Position numbers and translations under genes: made by a program. DNA of 64,000 nt from Leucoraja erinacea. Its lineage: Eukaryota. The DNA is taken from positions 55,118,001 to 55,182,000 of the forward strand of contig NC_073386.1 in NCBI RefSeq assembly GCF_028641065.1. Reading direction: 5' to 3'. The notes beneath the pieces were generated by a model. The model saw nothing but the letters and a program-made list of their open reading frames with translations, did not search any database and was not told the DNA's origin. How positions within the stretch are numbered: position 1 is the stretch's first letter; each line of letters opens with the position of its first letter. Shown here piece by piece: positions 38,230-51,084 of the stretch.

Positions 38230-41190
38230 ATAGATACATAGAAAATAGGTGCAGGAGTAGGCCATTCGACCCTTCGAGCCTGCACCGCCATTCAATATGA
38301 TCATGGCTGATCATCCAACTCAGTATCCCATCCCTGCCTTCTCTCCATACCCCCTGATCCCTTTAGCCACAAGGGCCACATCTAGCTCTCTCTTAAAAAT
38401 AGCCAATGAACTGGCCTCAACTACCTTCTGTGGCAGAGAATTCCACAGATTCACCACTCTCTGTGTAAAAAATGATTTTCTCATCTCAGTCCTAAAAGAT
38501 TTCCCTCTTATCCTTAAACTGTGACCCATATTTCTGGACTTCCCCAACATTGGGAATAATCTTCCTGCATCTAGCCTGTCCAACCCCTTAAGAATTTTGT
38601 AAGTTTCTATAAGATCCCCCCTCAATCTTCTAAATTCTAGCGTGTACAAGCCAAGTCTATCCAGTCTTTCTTCATATGGAAGTCCTGCCATCCCAGGAAT
38701 CAGTCTGGTGAACCTTCGCTGTCTTTCCTCAGATTAGGAGACAAAAACTGTATGCAATACTCCAGGTCTGGTCTCACCAAGACCCTGTAGAACTGCAGTA
38801 GAACCTCCCTGCTCTTATACTCAAATCCTTTTGTTATGAATGCTAACATACCATTTGCTTTCTTCACTGCCTGCTGCACCTGCATGCCTACTTTCAATGA
38901 CTGGTGTACCATGACACCCAGGTCTCGTTGCATCTCCCCTTTTCTTAATCGGTCACCATTCAGATAATAGTGTACTTTCCTGTTTTTGCCACCAAAGTGG
39001 ATAACCTCACATTTATCCACATTATACTGAATCTGCCATGCATTTGCCCACTCACCCAACCTATCCAAGTAACCTTGCAGCCTCCTAGCATCCTCCTCAC
39101 AGCTAACACTGCCCCCCAGCTTCGTGTCATCCGCAAACTTGGAGATGTTGCATTCAATTCCCTCATACAGATCATTAATATATATTGTAAATAGCTGGGG
39201 TCCCAGCACTGAGCCTTGCAGTCAAGAGCGGAACTCGCTATCAAAACATGGAGGGGACGGGGGACACAATTTTTTGGGGGCCACGCGTGCATGCGCACAC
39301 TCACACACACACGCGCGAGGCTTCGGAGGCTCAATCCAGCGCGAAAAGCGGAGATTTTAAAATTGGGATCACAAAAACTTGGGGGCGATGTCCCCCACCT
39401 CTCAAAACATGGGGGGGACGTGTCCCCCCTGCCCCCCCCGGGTTTTCTGCCCCTGCTTGCGGTACCCCACTAGTCACTGCCTGCCATTCTGAAAAGGACC
39501 CGTTTACTCCTACTCTTTGCTGCCTGTCTGCCAGCCAGTTCTCTATCCACATCAATACTGAACCCCCAATACCGTGTGCTTTAAGTTTGCATACTAATCT
39601 CTTATGTGGGACCTTGTCGACAGCCTTCTGAAAGTCCAGATATAACACATCCACTGGTTCTCCCTTATCCACTCTACTAGTTACATCCTCGAAAAATTCT
39701 ATAAGATTCATCAGACACGATTTACCTTTCATAAATCCATGCTGACTTTGTCCAATGAATTCACCACTTTCCAAATGTGCTGCTATCCCATCTTTAATAA
39801 CTGACTGCAGAATTTTCCCCACCACCGATGTTAGACTAACTGGTCTGTAATTCCCCGTTTTCTCTCTCCCTCTCTTTTTAAAAAGTGGGGCTACATTAGC
39901 TACCCTCCAGTCCTCAGGAACTACTCCAGAATCTAAAGAGTTTTGAAAAATTATCACTAATGCATCCACTATTTCTGCAGCTACTTCCTTAAGTACTCTG
40001 GGTTGCAACGTATCTGGCCCTGGGGATTTATCGGCCTTTAGTCAATTCAATTTACCTAACACCACTTCCTGGCTAACCTGGATTTCACTCAGTTCCTCCA
40101 TCTCATTTAACCCCCGGTCCCTTGCTATTTCCGGCAGATTATTTATGTCTTCCTTAGTGAAGACAGACCAAAGTAGTTATTCAATTTGTCTGCCATGTCC
40201 TTGTTCCCCATGATCAATTTGCCTGTTTCTGACTGCAAGGGACCTACATTTGTTTTAACTAATCTTTTCCTCTTCACATATCTATAAAAACTTTTGCAGT
40301 CAGTTTTTATGTTCCCTGCCAGTTTTCTTTCATAATCTATTTTCCCTTTCCTAATTAAGCCTTTTGTCCTCCTCTGCTGGACTCTGAATTTCTCCCAGTC
40401 CTCTGGTAGGCTGCTTTTTCTAGCTAATTTGTATGCTTCATCTTTTGTTTTGATGCTATCCCTGATTTCCCTTGTTACCCATGGATGCACTACCTTCCCT
40501 GATTTATTCTTTTGCCAAACTGGGATGAACAATTGTTGTAGTTTATCCATGCAGTTTTTAAATGCCTTCTATTGCATATCCACCGTCAACCCTTTAAGAA
40601 CCAATTGCCAGTCTATCTTGGCCACGTCTCATACCCTCAAAGTCACCTTTCTTTAAGTTCAGGTCCCTTGTTTCTGAATTAACAATGTCACTCTCCATCC
40701 TAATGAAGAACTCAACCATATTATGGTCACTCTTGCCCAAGGGGCCACGCACAAAAAGACTGTTAACTAACCCTTCCTCATTACTCAATGCCCAGTCTAG
40801 AATAGCCTGCTCTCTCGTTGGTTCCTCTACATGTTGGTTTAGGAACCTATCCCGCATACATTCCAAGAAATCCTCTTCCTCAGCACCCCAGCCAATTTGA
40901 TTCACCCAATCTATATGTAGATTGAAGTGACCCATTATAACTATTTTTCCTTTGTTGCATGCATTTCTAATTTCCTGTTTAATGCTATCCCCAACTCCAC
41001 TACTACTGTTAGGTGGCCTGTACACAACTCCCACTAGCATTTCTGCCCCTTAATGTTTCGCAGCTCTATCCATATCGATTCCACATCCTCCAAGCTAATG
41101 TCCTTCCTTTCTAATGCGTTATTCTCCTCTGTAACCAGCAACGCTACCCCGCCTCCTTTTCCTTTCTGTCTATCCCTCCTCACATATTCA
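38230..41190 (-). mobile_element. CR1 LINE ORF2 (APE endonuclease + RT), 5'-truncated and frameshifted
   Basis: GVVYRPP, SDH, NYRPVSLTS, LDFQKA, GVPQ, FADDTK motifs; CR1 3' tail near 38230. Confidence 0.95.
39223..39455. mobile_element. hAT-type MITE inserted in the CR1
   Basis: 8-bp TSD CTTGCAGT/CTTGCGGT; imperfect CAGGGGCRGAA-type TIRs; interrupts the GVPQG motif. Confidence 0.75.
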
Positions 41191-42730
41191 TGTATGGAAA
41201 TCAGATTATAATCAAGCACTTGGCCCATGTTGACCAACCTGGGTCTCACTGCACTACTGGCACTACTCCTGACCTTGACTGCAGTTGCATGCCTTCTCTC
41301 ATTCCTGACCCTGAGTCCAGCCTTACACCTGGCCCCCTATTCTACCCTGATCATAGCTGCTTACCTGCTTAGGTTCCCAGTGCTGAACACTCCCATTGTC
41401 CCAGCTTTGACTGCACATCTAGTACTATTCCAGACCTTGACTCTGGATGCACACTTGGCCTTGCTCCTATCCCCTCCACACTGACAATATATCTGGCCCA
41501 CACATAAAGCTCAATTTCGGACCCCCTGGACTTAACTTATTACGTTAAAGTCCACAGGTGCTTATCTAATGCAGTAATCTTTTATGAATCACTTCACGGA
41601 CCAATTTTTTATGACAAAATTTGCTCCATCCATTGACTTCCTTGGTATCTAACATGCTAGTTACTTTGTCAAAGAAGTCATCAATTGGTTGAACACAATT
41701 TCTCATCCATAAAATTTTACTCACTCAGCTGTATACGTATTCTGTTACCACTTCCTTCATTTTCCTAACAAACTGTCCTGAAATCATTTTCACCCCCAAT
41801 ATTTTCAGTATTTTGCTGTCTTCCTCTCAGCTGGGACTTTTCCGAAATGCAAAGTCTAATAATTATATATTTAAGCAATAATATTCTATTTAATGTGATC
41901 TTAAGAGTACATAATATTTTCTGTGGTATTCATAGCACAACAATGATAAAAAGATCTTTGTTTTGAGTGTACCTACCAACATGCGTACATTATTATATTA
42001 CAGTTAATATGTACTGAGGGCAAATTTTTGTTCCAATTCTCCCCATTCCCAATTACATTTACATTGAAGTGATTGAAATCCAACTGAAGTTTAAATGACA
42101 TCAGAAAATTAAAACCTCCGGATGGATGATATTCATTACGTGGTTGGTTGGAGTCAGTATCAGCACAATTACTATATTAAACTTTGAATCATCAGATGTC
42201 CTGGTTCAAGCTGAAACTAAAGAGAAATAATAACCACCTCACATATTCCCCTACAAGTATCTCTGTCATTCCTTTAAAATATGCCCCTTCTAAAATAAAT
42301 TAACTTTTCCCAAATGTCTCACCCATTTGTGATAAATGTCAGTCACAAGAAGCTACCATAGCGCACTCTTTTGTTTTTTGTATAAAAATCCAAAAATTCT
42401 GGAATGAAATATTTGAAATCTTCACAAAATTATTAAAAATAAAACTTGTACCAAAAGCAGAATGGATCATTTTTGGAATATCGGAAGGTAACACCGAATT
42501 AAACGTGTTTCAAAAGAACTTACTTAATTACGGGCTAATAATGGGAAGAAAGCTTATACTCAAATTTTGGAAAAATGCTCCAATACCAACAATAAAAATG
42601 TGGATTTCAAACATGTTCGAAACACTACACTTGGAAGAGATGAGACTCCTTCTAGCAGGCAAAGCAGACCACTTCCAAAAGACGTGGTCTGCATTTATGG
42701 AACTATTACAAGTATAAGGTGCTATAGTAA

Positions 42731-43160
42731 TCTATATTACTAAAACTCTGTTCTTGACCGGTTTCGGCTTTCTGTGCTGCAGTTTCCGAGAGTACGCCGC
42801 CACCTACGGCCGTCATTTTTGGCCACCTCACTCAGAGCCCCCCTCCGCCGCAGGTGTGCCGAGGATATTTCCCATCGATGAAAATTGACAAAGATATTAA
42901 TGTTTTTACAACATTCCCCATTCTCTCTGCTGCCCCTGCTGGAGGGAGGGGGAGCGACTATAAAACCAGGAAGTGGTGTGCCTCAATCAGTCTCTGCAAG
43001 TGGTGGTTGCCTCACTCAGAGCTTTGAATGACACTGACAAATGTCTACAGCACTGCGAGTACCCTTAATTTGGTTTGAAAATGAAAATATGGTTAGAGGT
43101 AAAAAAGCACTGCCTGCAAATAGTTGTTTGGGTTCGGGTTGAAGTAAAAAGGCACTCTTT
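42731..43160 (+). mobile_element. Helitron 5' fragment
   Basis: a|TCTATATTACTAAAACTCTGTTCTTGACC start; collinear with Helitron B/A sequence. Confidence 0.8.
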
Positions 43161-45533
43161 ATATAAGGGTTTTAGGCATTTTCTTTCCTTTTTAGTTCTA
43201 GAGAACTATATGTTTTTATAGATTATGTGTCTTCTGTGTGTCTTTTTAACTTGACTTGACTCTGAACAACCGCACAAGAGTTCCTATGTGTGTAAGCACA
43301 AATGGCAAATAAAGTTTTTGACCTTGACCTTTGGAACCGGCGGGGGGGGGGGGGGGGGAGGGTTGGGAGAAATAGGCTTTTTGATTTGATGTAAACAAAG
43401 AATAATAGTTGAGTGGCAAATGACAAATAGTGCTACCATCCCCCAATATTTAACTGAAGGACCAAAATAATGAGTTGTCGGAGCTGTATGTTGTGACAGA
43501 CAGCCCGACACATTGCATGTCATTTTAATATTACACTTATTCCAGCTTGCACTGAGGCTGCTCCATAGCTGGAGCTGCAGTGAGAGACTCGCCAATCCGG
43601 CAAACACTCACCAGCCCCGGCTCCCCACCAACATCTACCCCGCCGCTGCTTCTGCTTCCATCCCTCCCACCACCCCGGACCATGCAGTTGATATTAGTTT
43701 TGAAATTCTTGTTGATCACAGAATTGTTGGTCACAGAGCGCGAGAAATTTGTTACAGCATGAGAGCGTGAGCATTTGGTGAAATGCATGATTCTCACGCT
43801 CAATGCGTGAGAGTTGGCAGCCCTGGTATATTCAAAGACGACCTCCATGCCTGTCTAGGGCAGAAAATTCCAAAGATTCACAACATTCTGAGAGCTAAAA
43901 TCTCTCCTTATCTCACACGTACTTGTCTGACCCCCTATTCCTGGCTGGTGATCCTGGGAATAATCTTCAGTGTGGAAATAAACACTATCCAACTAGTCTA
44001 AATAAACACAAAGACCTCAAAACGACTCTACTCCTCAAATGTTTCCACTCTGTTGTACTTCATAATCTTTATAATTGCATTATCAAATCATTACTTTATT
44101 TTCTGTTTCCTCCTCCCATACTCTTTTTTTAAATCATTGGTGATATCCTATATACACGGCCTTTGACCTATATGTGTCAGTAACTCATTTTAAATGATAA
44201 GAATTTTAAAGGCAGTCATTTCGGTCTAATTGATATTCTATATCACAATTTCTTTGGGATACCAGGTTCCCAAGAGGTTGTGCAGCTCGTATAGTTTATT
44301 TTTGCTGCAGCTCAAAAGTGTTTGTTAAATCAAAGTTGCTCTCCATATATTAAATTTCATAAACGTAGAAGATTTAGAAAGCTAAACTCTAAACAAATAA
44401 ACTTGTCACATTTACAGTAAGCGCTTTGACTGAACCTATAGAGTAACATTGCTGTGATTATATTTAAATCTCAGACCATCAGGAATCACAGACTATCATG
44501 AGAAAGAGCTCAGATAATTATACAGTTTATTAAAACCCGCAACATTAGTCAACATAATCAGTAGTACAAGTGTCCACACAAGTTCTCAGATATTCACTCG
44601 CTTTTAGAACCAGCCAAATCATTCATTCTAGACATGCAATCTTTCCTGGACTGACAGCATTGCAAAATGTACTGGAACTGAACTTTATTTACAATAGTAA
44701 AATTCTAATTGTGAAAAATCTTTGCTAATATTTTAAATTACTTAATTTGAGAGGTGTATTCAGTCAAAAAATAAATACTATTTTAATGAATTTGTTTAGT
44801 CTACATTATTGCAGGAAAAATTATTGAAATAACATGTGTGGACAGTAATGCAAATTGAGTTTAACAATAGTTTAGTTCAATGAGTACAATTCATTTGGTT
44901 TGGATTTCCGGTTCCAGCTTCAGAAAACGGAGTCACCAACCAATGGTCCTCAGCTGAGAGTTCAGTACCTAAACCAGCACACAGTTCCGAGATTCAGCCA
45001 CAATGGAAGATGTCCCAGTTCAATGTGTAGGGAATGCACTGCAAAAGTGGTTCAAATGTACTGGGAAGAACGCAGAACAGTAAGTGTAAAGTGCCTTGCT
45101 CCTGGCTCACATATTGCCTCCCATTACCCACAGGGGAAGGATGGGATCAAGTCCAGCACCATTTTGCATCTGAAAAAACTAGATCTGTTTCACTGAAGAA
45201 TGCTAATAGTTTGAATTGTTCCTGGCACATGGGAGAGAGATATCAAAAATGGATTTGTTTAGGCCAGAGAACTTTTTGAAGTGAATTGTTTGTGCACTAT
45301 TTCCTTAGCTAGGTACTATTCCTTGCAGAACGCCAACACATTCAAATTACAGAGTAAAGTGCCCTAAGTTTGTCTACTGTACACTTTTTAGATAGCAGCT
45401 GTTGGTAATGTGTTGAATCGTGTTATAACCCAACACCTTTATTTCCCAACTCCCTGCCCCTAGCAGCACAGTCCCAGAGATTGATCGGTGCTAGAAGTGT
45501 GAATGTCCATTACTTCGATCCTTTGTTTACACT

Positions 45534-45703
45534 TCACAGTATCTCTCCTGCTATTTTGTAAGATTTTATCAAGTTGCTTCTGCGAAAGGCATAAAACAGA
45601 GCAGAACATATCAGTCCTGCTGATACAAGTGCGGCTCCTATACACACTGCTTCCAGAACACCCGCAGGATTCTCGGCAGGAGTTGCGATATCAGGTATTT
45701 TTT
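45534..45703 (-). CDS. VCAM1: VCAM1-like exon 8, transmembrane + cytoplasmic tail
   Basis: ctttgcag acceptor, phase 1; EKIPDIATPAENPAGVLEAVCIGAALVSAGLICSALFYAFRRSNLIKSYKIAGEIL*; tail resembles human YFARKANMKGSYSL. Confidence 0.88.
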
Positions 45704-45782
45704 CTGCAAAGAGACAGAAGAATATTTTTTAAAAACAATATCAGTAAAATACATTCTCCACACAACAATTCTCAATCTATAC

Positions 45783-46340
45783 TTTTTTTTTTCACTTAAA
45801 TTTTTATTGATTTTTCAGTGATATATACAAACCAGTGCAACACCATCACCATAAATAAAACAAAATAAGAAAAACAGCAATCAATATAAAAAAATAAGTA
45901 GATAGGGGGGGGAAAAAAGTAAATAAATAAAAAAAATGGAATAAGACCGAGTGATTCACTTACCAAATAAAAAAAGAAAATACATTACATTGATTAGTTA
46001 TCTGGAGATAATTCAATATTCATACAAACATACCATCTAGTCATATATAACACAATCTTCCCATATCTAGCTTGGCATTTATCTAATTTGTGTCATGGCT
46101 CAAATAAATGGTCCATTTTCCTCAGATCTTCTCAAATGAATTATCCTTGACTCTCAAGGAATATGTCAATTTCTCCATATTAAAGATATCTCGCACAATT
46201 TCTAACCACTGTTCCTGTTTTGGACTTTTTTCATTAAGCCACTGCCTGGTAATGGCCTTCTTACTTGCTGCAAGCAAAACTTTAATCAAATATGTATCTT
46301 CTATTTTTTACAATATCTTTAATACGCCCCAGATACTTCA
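45783..46340 (-). mobile_element. L1-type LINE 3' end in the last VCAM1 intron, sense orientation
   Basis: Minus strand encodes LLAASKKAITRQW...MEKLTYSLRVK; AATAAA at ~45803-45808 and poly-A at ~45783-45792. Confidence 0.75.
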
Positions 46341-46370
46341 CAGGGCAGGTCAATCTATACTTAAACTTAC

Positions 46371-46626
46371 CGATAACTTGTATTTCCACAAATCCTGTCT
46401 GTTTCCCAAGTTTATTAATCGCTTTGACCTTACAAAGCCCAGCGTCACTTGGTGTATTTTTCATGGATTGTAAAGTTATCGTTACGGAAGGACAGCACAT
46501 TTTCACTTTTGTTCACTAGTTTCTTCCAGGTGAAATTGGCTAAGTGGATGTTATGAATGGTGCAGCCAATGGTGACCTTTTCTCCTTCATCGACCAGTTT
46601 GGAAGGATGAGCCCAAACAGTGAGGT
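46371..46626 (-). CDS. VCAM1: VCAM1-like exon 7, Ig domain 6 (frameshifted in this sequence)
   Basis: caccag / gtaagt; 256 nt (3n+1). First half DLTVWAHPSKLVDEGEKVTIGC...W and second half TPSDAGLCKVKAINKLGKQTGFVEIQVI are in different frames, switching at an A5 run (~46457-46461); TGA at 46445-46447. Confidence 0.8.
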
Positions 46627-47255
46627 CTGGTGATGAGGGGGAAAATACATTTCCATTGACTCTATACATCTACCTGATCTATACATCTCATGATGTCTAT
46701 TAATGATTGTTACAATCATAGATTATTGCAATGTATAATAATCGCCATGACTTGTCAGCTCAAGTTTCTGTTCAAGGAATTAGGCACAAAAAGCTAGAAA
46801 GTCTCTCCAGTCCTGTGCCAAAGGATGGTAGCAGTTAGTTACACTTTCACATACGTTGTTAAATTAAAGCCTCCTCTAGTTGACATAAAAGATTTTGTAA
46901 CACAATTTTAAATTTAAAGTGCCAGAGTTCTGCCCAGTTTATTCCTGCATCCTGGTCAATATTTGTCACTAAACCAACATCAGTCTGAAGAAGGATCCCA
47001 ATAAAATTTGTTTTTCTTCATCATTACAACTAATTGGTTTTCCTCACATTGCTCTTTGTGAGAATGTGCTGCACCACATTTCGTTGCTTCACATGTCAAA
47101 GTAACTTTATTGGTGATAAAGTGTTTGCGTAGTCCTGAATGGTATGAACGTTCCCCCATAAATCCAAATCATTCTTGTCCCCCCTCGTAGTAATTCAAGT
47201 GAAAATACTTTTCACATTCAGTTCCTGTAAATTTCTCATTAATTTCCATACAAAC

Positions 47256-47519
47256 CTTGAACCTGGAGTTTGGTGATGTTGATCTGCTTCCCCAGAGCAT
47301 TAGTGGCCTCACATTGATACAGCCCTGCATCAGCTGGCTGGACATCACGGATTGTCAATGTCCCATTCTCAGAGTCTAGCTTGCTCCATCCGCTCGATGA
47401 CTGCCTCCTCAGTACAAGGTGGGCAGGGGGGTTGGACTGGGTTGTGCAGCTGAACGTGACCCTGTCTCCTTCCTTCACAGCAGAGGGGGTGATGGAGAGA
47501 GTGGTGTCCCTGGGGCTAC
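47256..47519 (-). CDS. VCAM1: VCAM1-like exon 6, Ig domain 5 (tandem duplicate of exon 5)
   Basis: Same splice sites as exon 5, 264 nt, only 3 nt differences from exon 5. Confidence 0.88.
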
Positions 47520-47723
47520 CTGAAACCAGAGGCGTGAGAAATTAATGAATTGCAAAATGTTTAGACAAATCCGTGCGAAAAAATTGTCATAAAATGATAC
47601 AGTGTTGAAACACGTCTTTCGGCTCAACTTGCCCAAACCAGCCATCATGTCCCAGCTACACTAGTCCCGCCCGCCCGTCTTTGGCCCATGTCCCTCCAAA
47701 CCCATCCTATCCATGTACCTGTC

Positions 47724-48551
47724 TAAGGTACACAGGAATGCTGGAGAAACTCAGCGGGTGCAGCAGCATCTATGGAGCGAAGGAGATAGGCAACGTTTCG
47801 GGCCGAAACCCTTCTTCAGACTGATAGGGGGTGGGGGAAGGCGGGGAGAAGAAAGGAAAAAAGGAGGAGGGGCCCGAGGGCTGAGGGAGAGATAGGAAGG
47901 GGAGGAGACAGCAAGGGTTAACAGAATTGTGTGAATTCAATGTTCATGCCCCCAGGATGCAGACTCCCCAAGCAGAATATGAGGTGCTGTTCCTCCAATT
48001 TCCAGTGTTGCTCACTCTGGCCGTGGAGGAGGCCCAGGACAGAGAGGTCGGATACGGAATGGGAGGGGGAGTTGAAGTGCTGAGCCACCGTGAGGTCAGG
48101 TTGGTTAGTGCGGACCGAGCGGAGGTCTTCGGCAAAACGATCGCCAAGCCTACGCTTGGTCTCACCAATATAGATCAGCTGGCATCTAGAGCATTTGGAG
48201 GAGGTGCAGGTGAACCTCTGTCACACCTGGAACGACTGCTTGGGTCCTTGAATGGAGTCAAGGGGGGAGGTAAAGCGACCAGTGTGTCGCATCTCTTGCG
48301 GTTGCAAGGGAAAGTGCCTGGGGAAGGGGTGGAGCGGGAGGGAAGGGAAGAATTGACAAGGGTGTTACGGAGGGAGCAGTCTTTGTGGAAGGCAGACGGG
48401 GGGGGGGGGGGGGGGAGATGGGAAGATGTGGCGAGTGGTGGGGTCACGTTGGAGGTGGCGAAACTGACGGAGGACTATTTGTTGTATGTGCCAGCTAGTG
48501 GGGTGAAAGGTGAGGACCAGGGGGACTCTGCCCTTATTGCGAGTGGGGGGG
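47724..48551 (-). mobile_element. Penelope-like element 3' fragment (GIY-YIG endonuclease + terminal repeat)
   Basis: 12-bp direct repeat CATGTACCTGTC at 47712-47723 and 48552-48563; PGTFPCNRKRC and LIYIGETKRRLGDRFAE motifs on the minus strand. Confidence 0.85.
47786..47826 (-). ncRNA. Minimal hammerhead-ribozyme-like motif in a Penelope terminal repeat
   Basis: CUGAAGA-A-GGGU(UUCG)GCCC-GAAAC-GUU; stem I weak. Confidence 0.5.
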
Positions 48552-48719
48552 CATGTACCTGTCCCTTAAATGTTGGGATAGTCCCAGCCTCAACTACCAT
48601 GGGTGGTATGAATGTTCCCCCATAAATCCAAATCATTCTTGTCCCCCCTCGTAAGAATTTAAGTGAAAATACTTTTTACATTCAGTTTCTGTAAATTTCT
48701 CATTAAGTTCCATACAAAC

Positions 48720-48983
48720 CTTGAACCTGGAGTTTGGTGATGTTGATCTGCTTCCCCAGAGCATTAGTGGCCTCACATTGATACAGCCCTGCATCAGCTG
48801 GCTGGACATCACGGATTGTCAATGTCCCATTCTCAGAGTCTAGCTCGCTCCATCCGCTCGATGACTGCCTCTTCAGTACAAGGTGGGCAGAGGGGTTGGA
48901 CTGGGTTGTGCAGCTGAACGTGACCCTGTCTCCTTCCTTCACAGCAGAGGGGGTGATGGAGAGAGTGGTGTCCCTGGGGCTAC
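48720..48983 (-). CDS. VCAM1: VCAM1-like exon 5, Ig domain 4
   Basis: tttcag / gtttgt, 264 nt phase 1-1; GSPRDTTLSITPSAVKEGDRVTFSC...DAGLYQCEATNALG. Confidence 0.9.
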
Positions 48984-49583
48984 CTGAAACCAGAGGCGTG
49001 AGAAATTAATAAATTGCAAAAAGTTGAGCCAAATCCGTGCAAAGAAACATAATCATAGTCATAAAGTGATATAGTGTGGAAACAGGCCCTTCGGCCCAAA
49101 TTGCCCAAACCAGCTACACTCGTCCCACCTGCCCGCATTTGGTCCATACCCCTCCAAACCTGTCCTATCCATGTACATGTCTGACTGTTTCTTAAATGTT
49201 GGGATCGTCCCTGCCTCAGCTACCTCCTCTAGCAGCTTGTTCCATACACCCACCAACCTTTGTGTGAAAAAGTTACCCCTCAGATTCCTACTAAATCTTT
49301 TCCCCTTCACCATAAACCTATGTCTGGTCATCGATGCACCCACTATGGGCAAAAGACTCTGTGCATCCGCCCAATCTATTCCTCTCATGATTTATACACC
49401 TCTATAAGATCATCCCTCACCTGCTCTCCAAGGAATAGAGTCCCAACCTGCCCAACCTCTCCCTATAGCTCAGACCCTTTAGCCCTAGTGACATCCTGGT
49501 AAATCTTCTCTCATCCCTTTCCAGCTTGACCACGTCTTTCCTATAACAATGATAGTAAAATTACAATAGTGAAACAAACGCAC

Positions 49584-49850
49584 CTTGAACGTGGAATTCC
49601 ACCTCCTTGGTGATTGTCCCCAGTTTATTGCCGGCTTCACAGCGGTACATTCCCGTGTCCCCGAACAGGGCCGGTGACAGGTGCAGAATCGCTCGGTCCT
49701 CGGCCACGACTGACCAGTTGCCGGCAGATAACTTGCTCCACACTATCGTGGCAGCGGGGCTGCTGTCTGCAGCACAGGTTAGCCGAACATCCTGACCCTC
49801 TCTCACTGTGGCAGAGGGCTCTGCAGTAATGTCAATCCCCGTGGGAGCAT
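49584..49850 (-). CDS. VCAM1: VCAM1-like exon 4, Ig domain 3
   Basis: ctacag / gtgcgt, 267 nt phase 1-1; YAPTGIDITAEPSATVREGQDVRLTC...W...DTGMYRCEAGNKLG. Confidence 0.92.
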
Positions 49851-49968
49851 CTGTAGAAGGAGATGGGATAATTCACTACATTAAAGGCGGGCGACTTAAA
49901 CCATTGCCCAGACTACGTCTATGACTGTGATTCCGTTCTCAATGTTATATCTCTGTCTCCATACTTAC

Positions 49969-50271
49969 AGTGAACCTGTAACGTTAGCGACCCCTCGGCC
50001 TTGCGTGGTTGGTTCTCCGTGAGTAATTGCACTCGGCATGTCAGCTCTTGTCCCGAGTCTCGCAATTCAGCCGTCAGTTCGTAGGTGAAGTTCATCGCCG
50101 TTTCTTCCTCTGTGTAGTCACGGAAGCTGTCGGTCTTCAGCAATGTTGTTCCTTTCAGCCACTCCACCTCCACTTGAGCGGGGTAGACTTTGGGGACCGT
50201 ACATCTCACGGAGCCTCTCTGACCAACTTCCAGGCTGCCCACAGTCTCCACGATGAGTGTGTCGGACAGAG
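49969..50271 (-). CDS. VCAM1: VCAM1-like exon 3, Ig domain 2
   Basis: ttgcag / gtaagt, 303 nt phase 1-1; GSLEVGQRGSVRCTVPKVYPAQVEVEWLKG...DSGQELTCRVQL matches the VCAM1 D2 pattern. Confidence 0.92.
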
Positions 50272-51084
50272 CTGCAACGACACGTGGATTCAGGAATCAA
50301 ACAGGGAATCAGGGTGGAATGTACAGCGCCCAAGGTGCCCATCGATTTAGTCAGAGGGTGGTGAATCTGCGGAATTCATTGCCACAGAAGGCTGTGGAGG
50401 CCAAGGCAATGGATATATTTAAGGCAGAGGTAGGCAGATTCTTGATTAGTACGGGTGTCATAGTTTATGGGAGAAGGCAGGAGAATGGGGTTAAGAGGAA
50501 GAGATGGATCAGCCATGAGTGAATGGCGCAGTAGACTCGATGGGCCGAATGGGCGAATTCTGCTCCCATCACTTATGATTTGTTACTAAACTCTCGTTCC
50601 AATCTGCAAAAGGACAACTTTCATGTCAGAAAACATTCATGAATCTGTTAACTAAAATATTTGTTGAAGACCAAAACAAAGGCAATCGTTGGAAGGCCCT
50701 GAACAAAACAGCATGTGCTGGAAATACTCATCTGGCAGGCAGTATTGGTGGAGAGAAAACAGAGGTGATTCTTGTCGGTTAGAGATCTTTGCTCTCCCCA
50801 GATGCTGCGCTACAATGAGTGAAATCTCCCCAGAACAATAACCTTTCAGTGTTAGGAAAGAACTGCAGATGCCGGTTTAAACCGAAGATAGACACAAAAG
50901 GCTGGAGTAACTCAGCGGGACAGGCAGCATCTCTGAGAGAGAAGGAACGGGTGAGGTTTCGGGTCGAGATTCTGTTTCTCTCTTCGTGGAGGTTGCACGA
51001 ATAATTGAGTATTTCCAGTATTTTTTTACTTTTATCTGGACGGCAAAGTTGCGACAAGTTTCCATTCAGGAGATGGGCTAATAC

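Noticed and set aside
41230-41480. Faint 30-36-bp periodicity (cctgaccttgact-like)
   Set aside because: Too degenerate to define a unit or coding frame
1-44000. Expected VCAM1 neighbour EXTL2 or a second VCAM1 paralog
   Set aside because: No matching exons recognised in the ORF track or by eye
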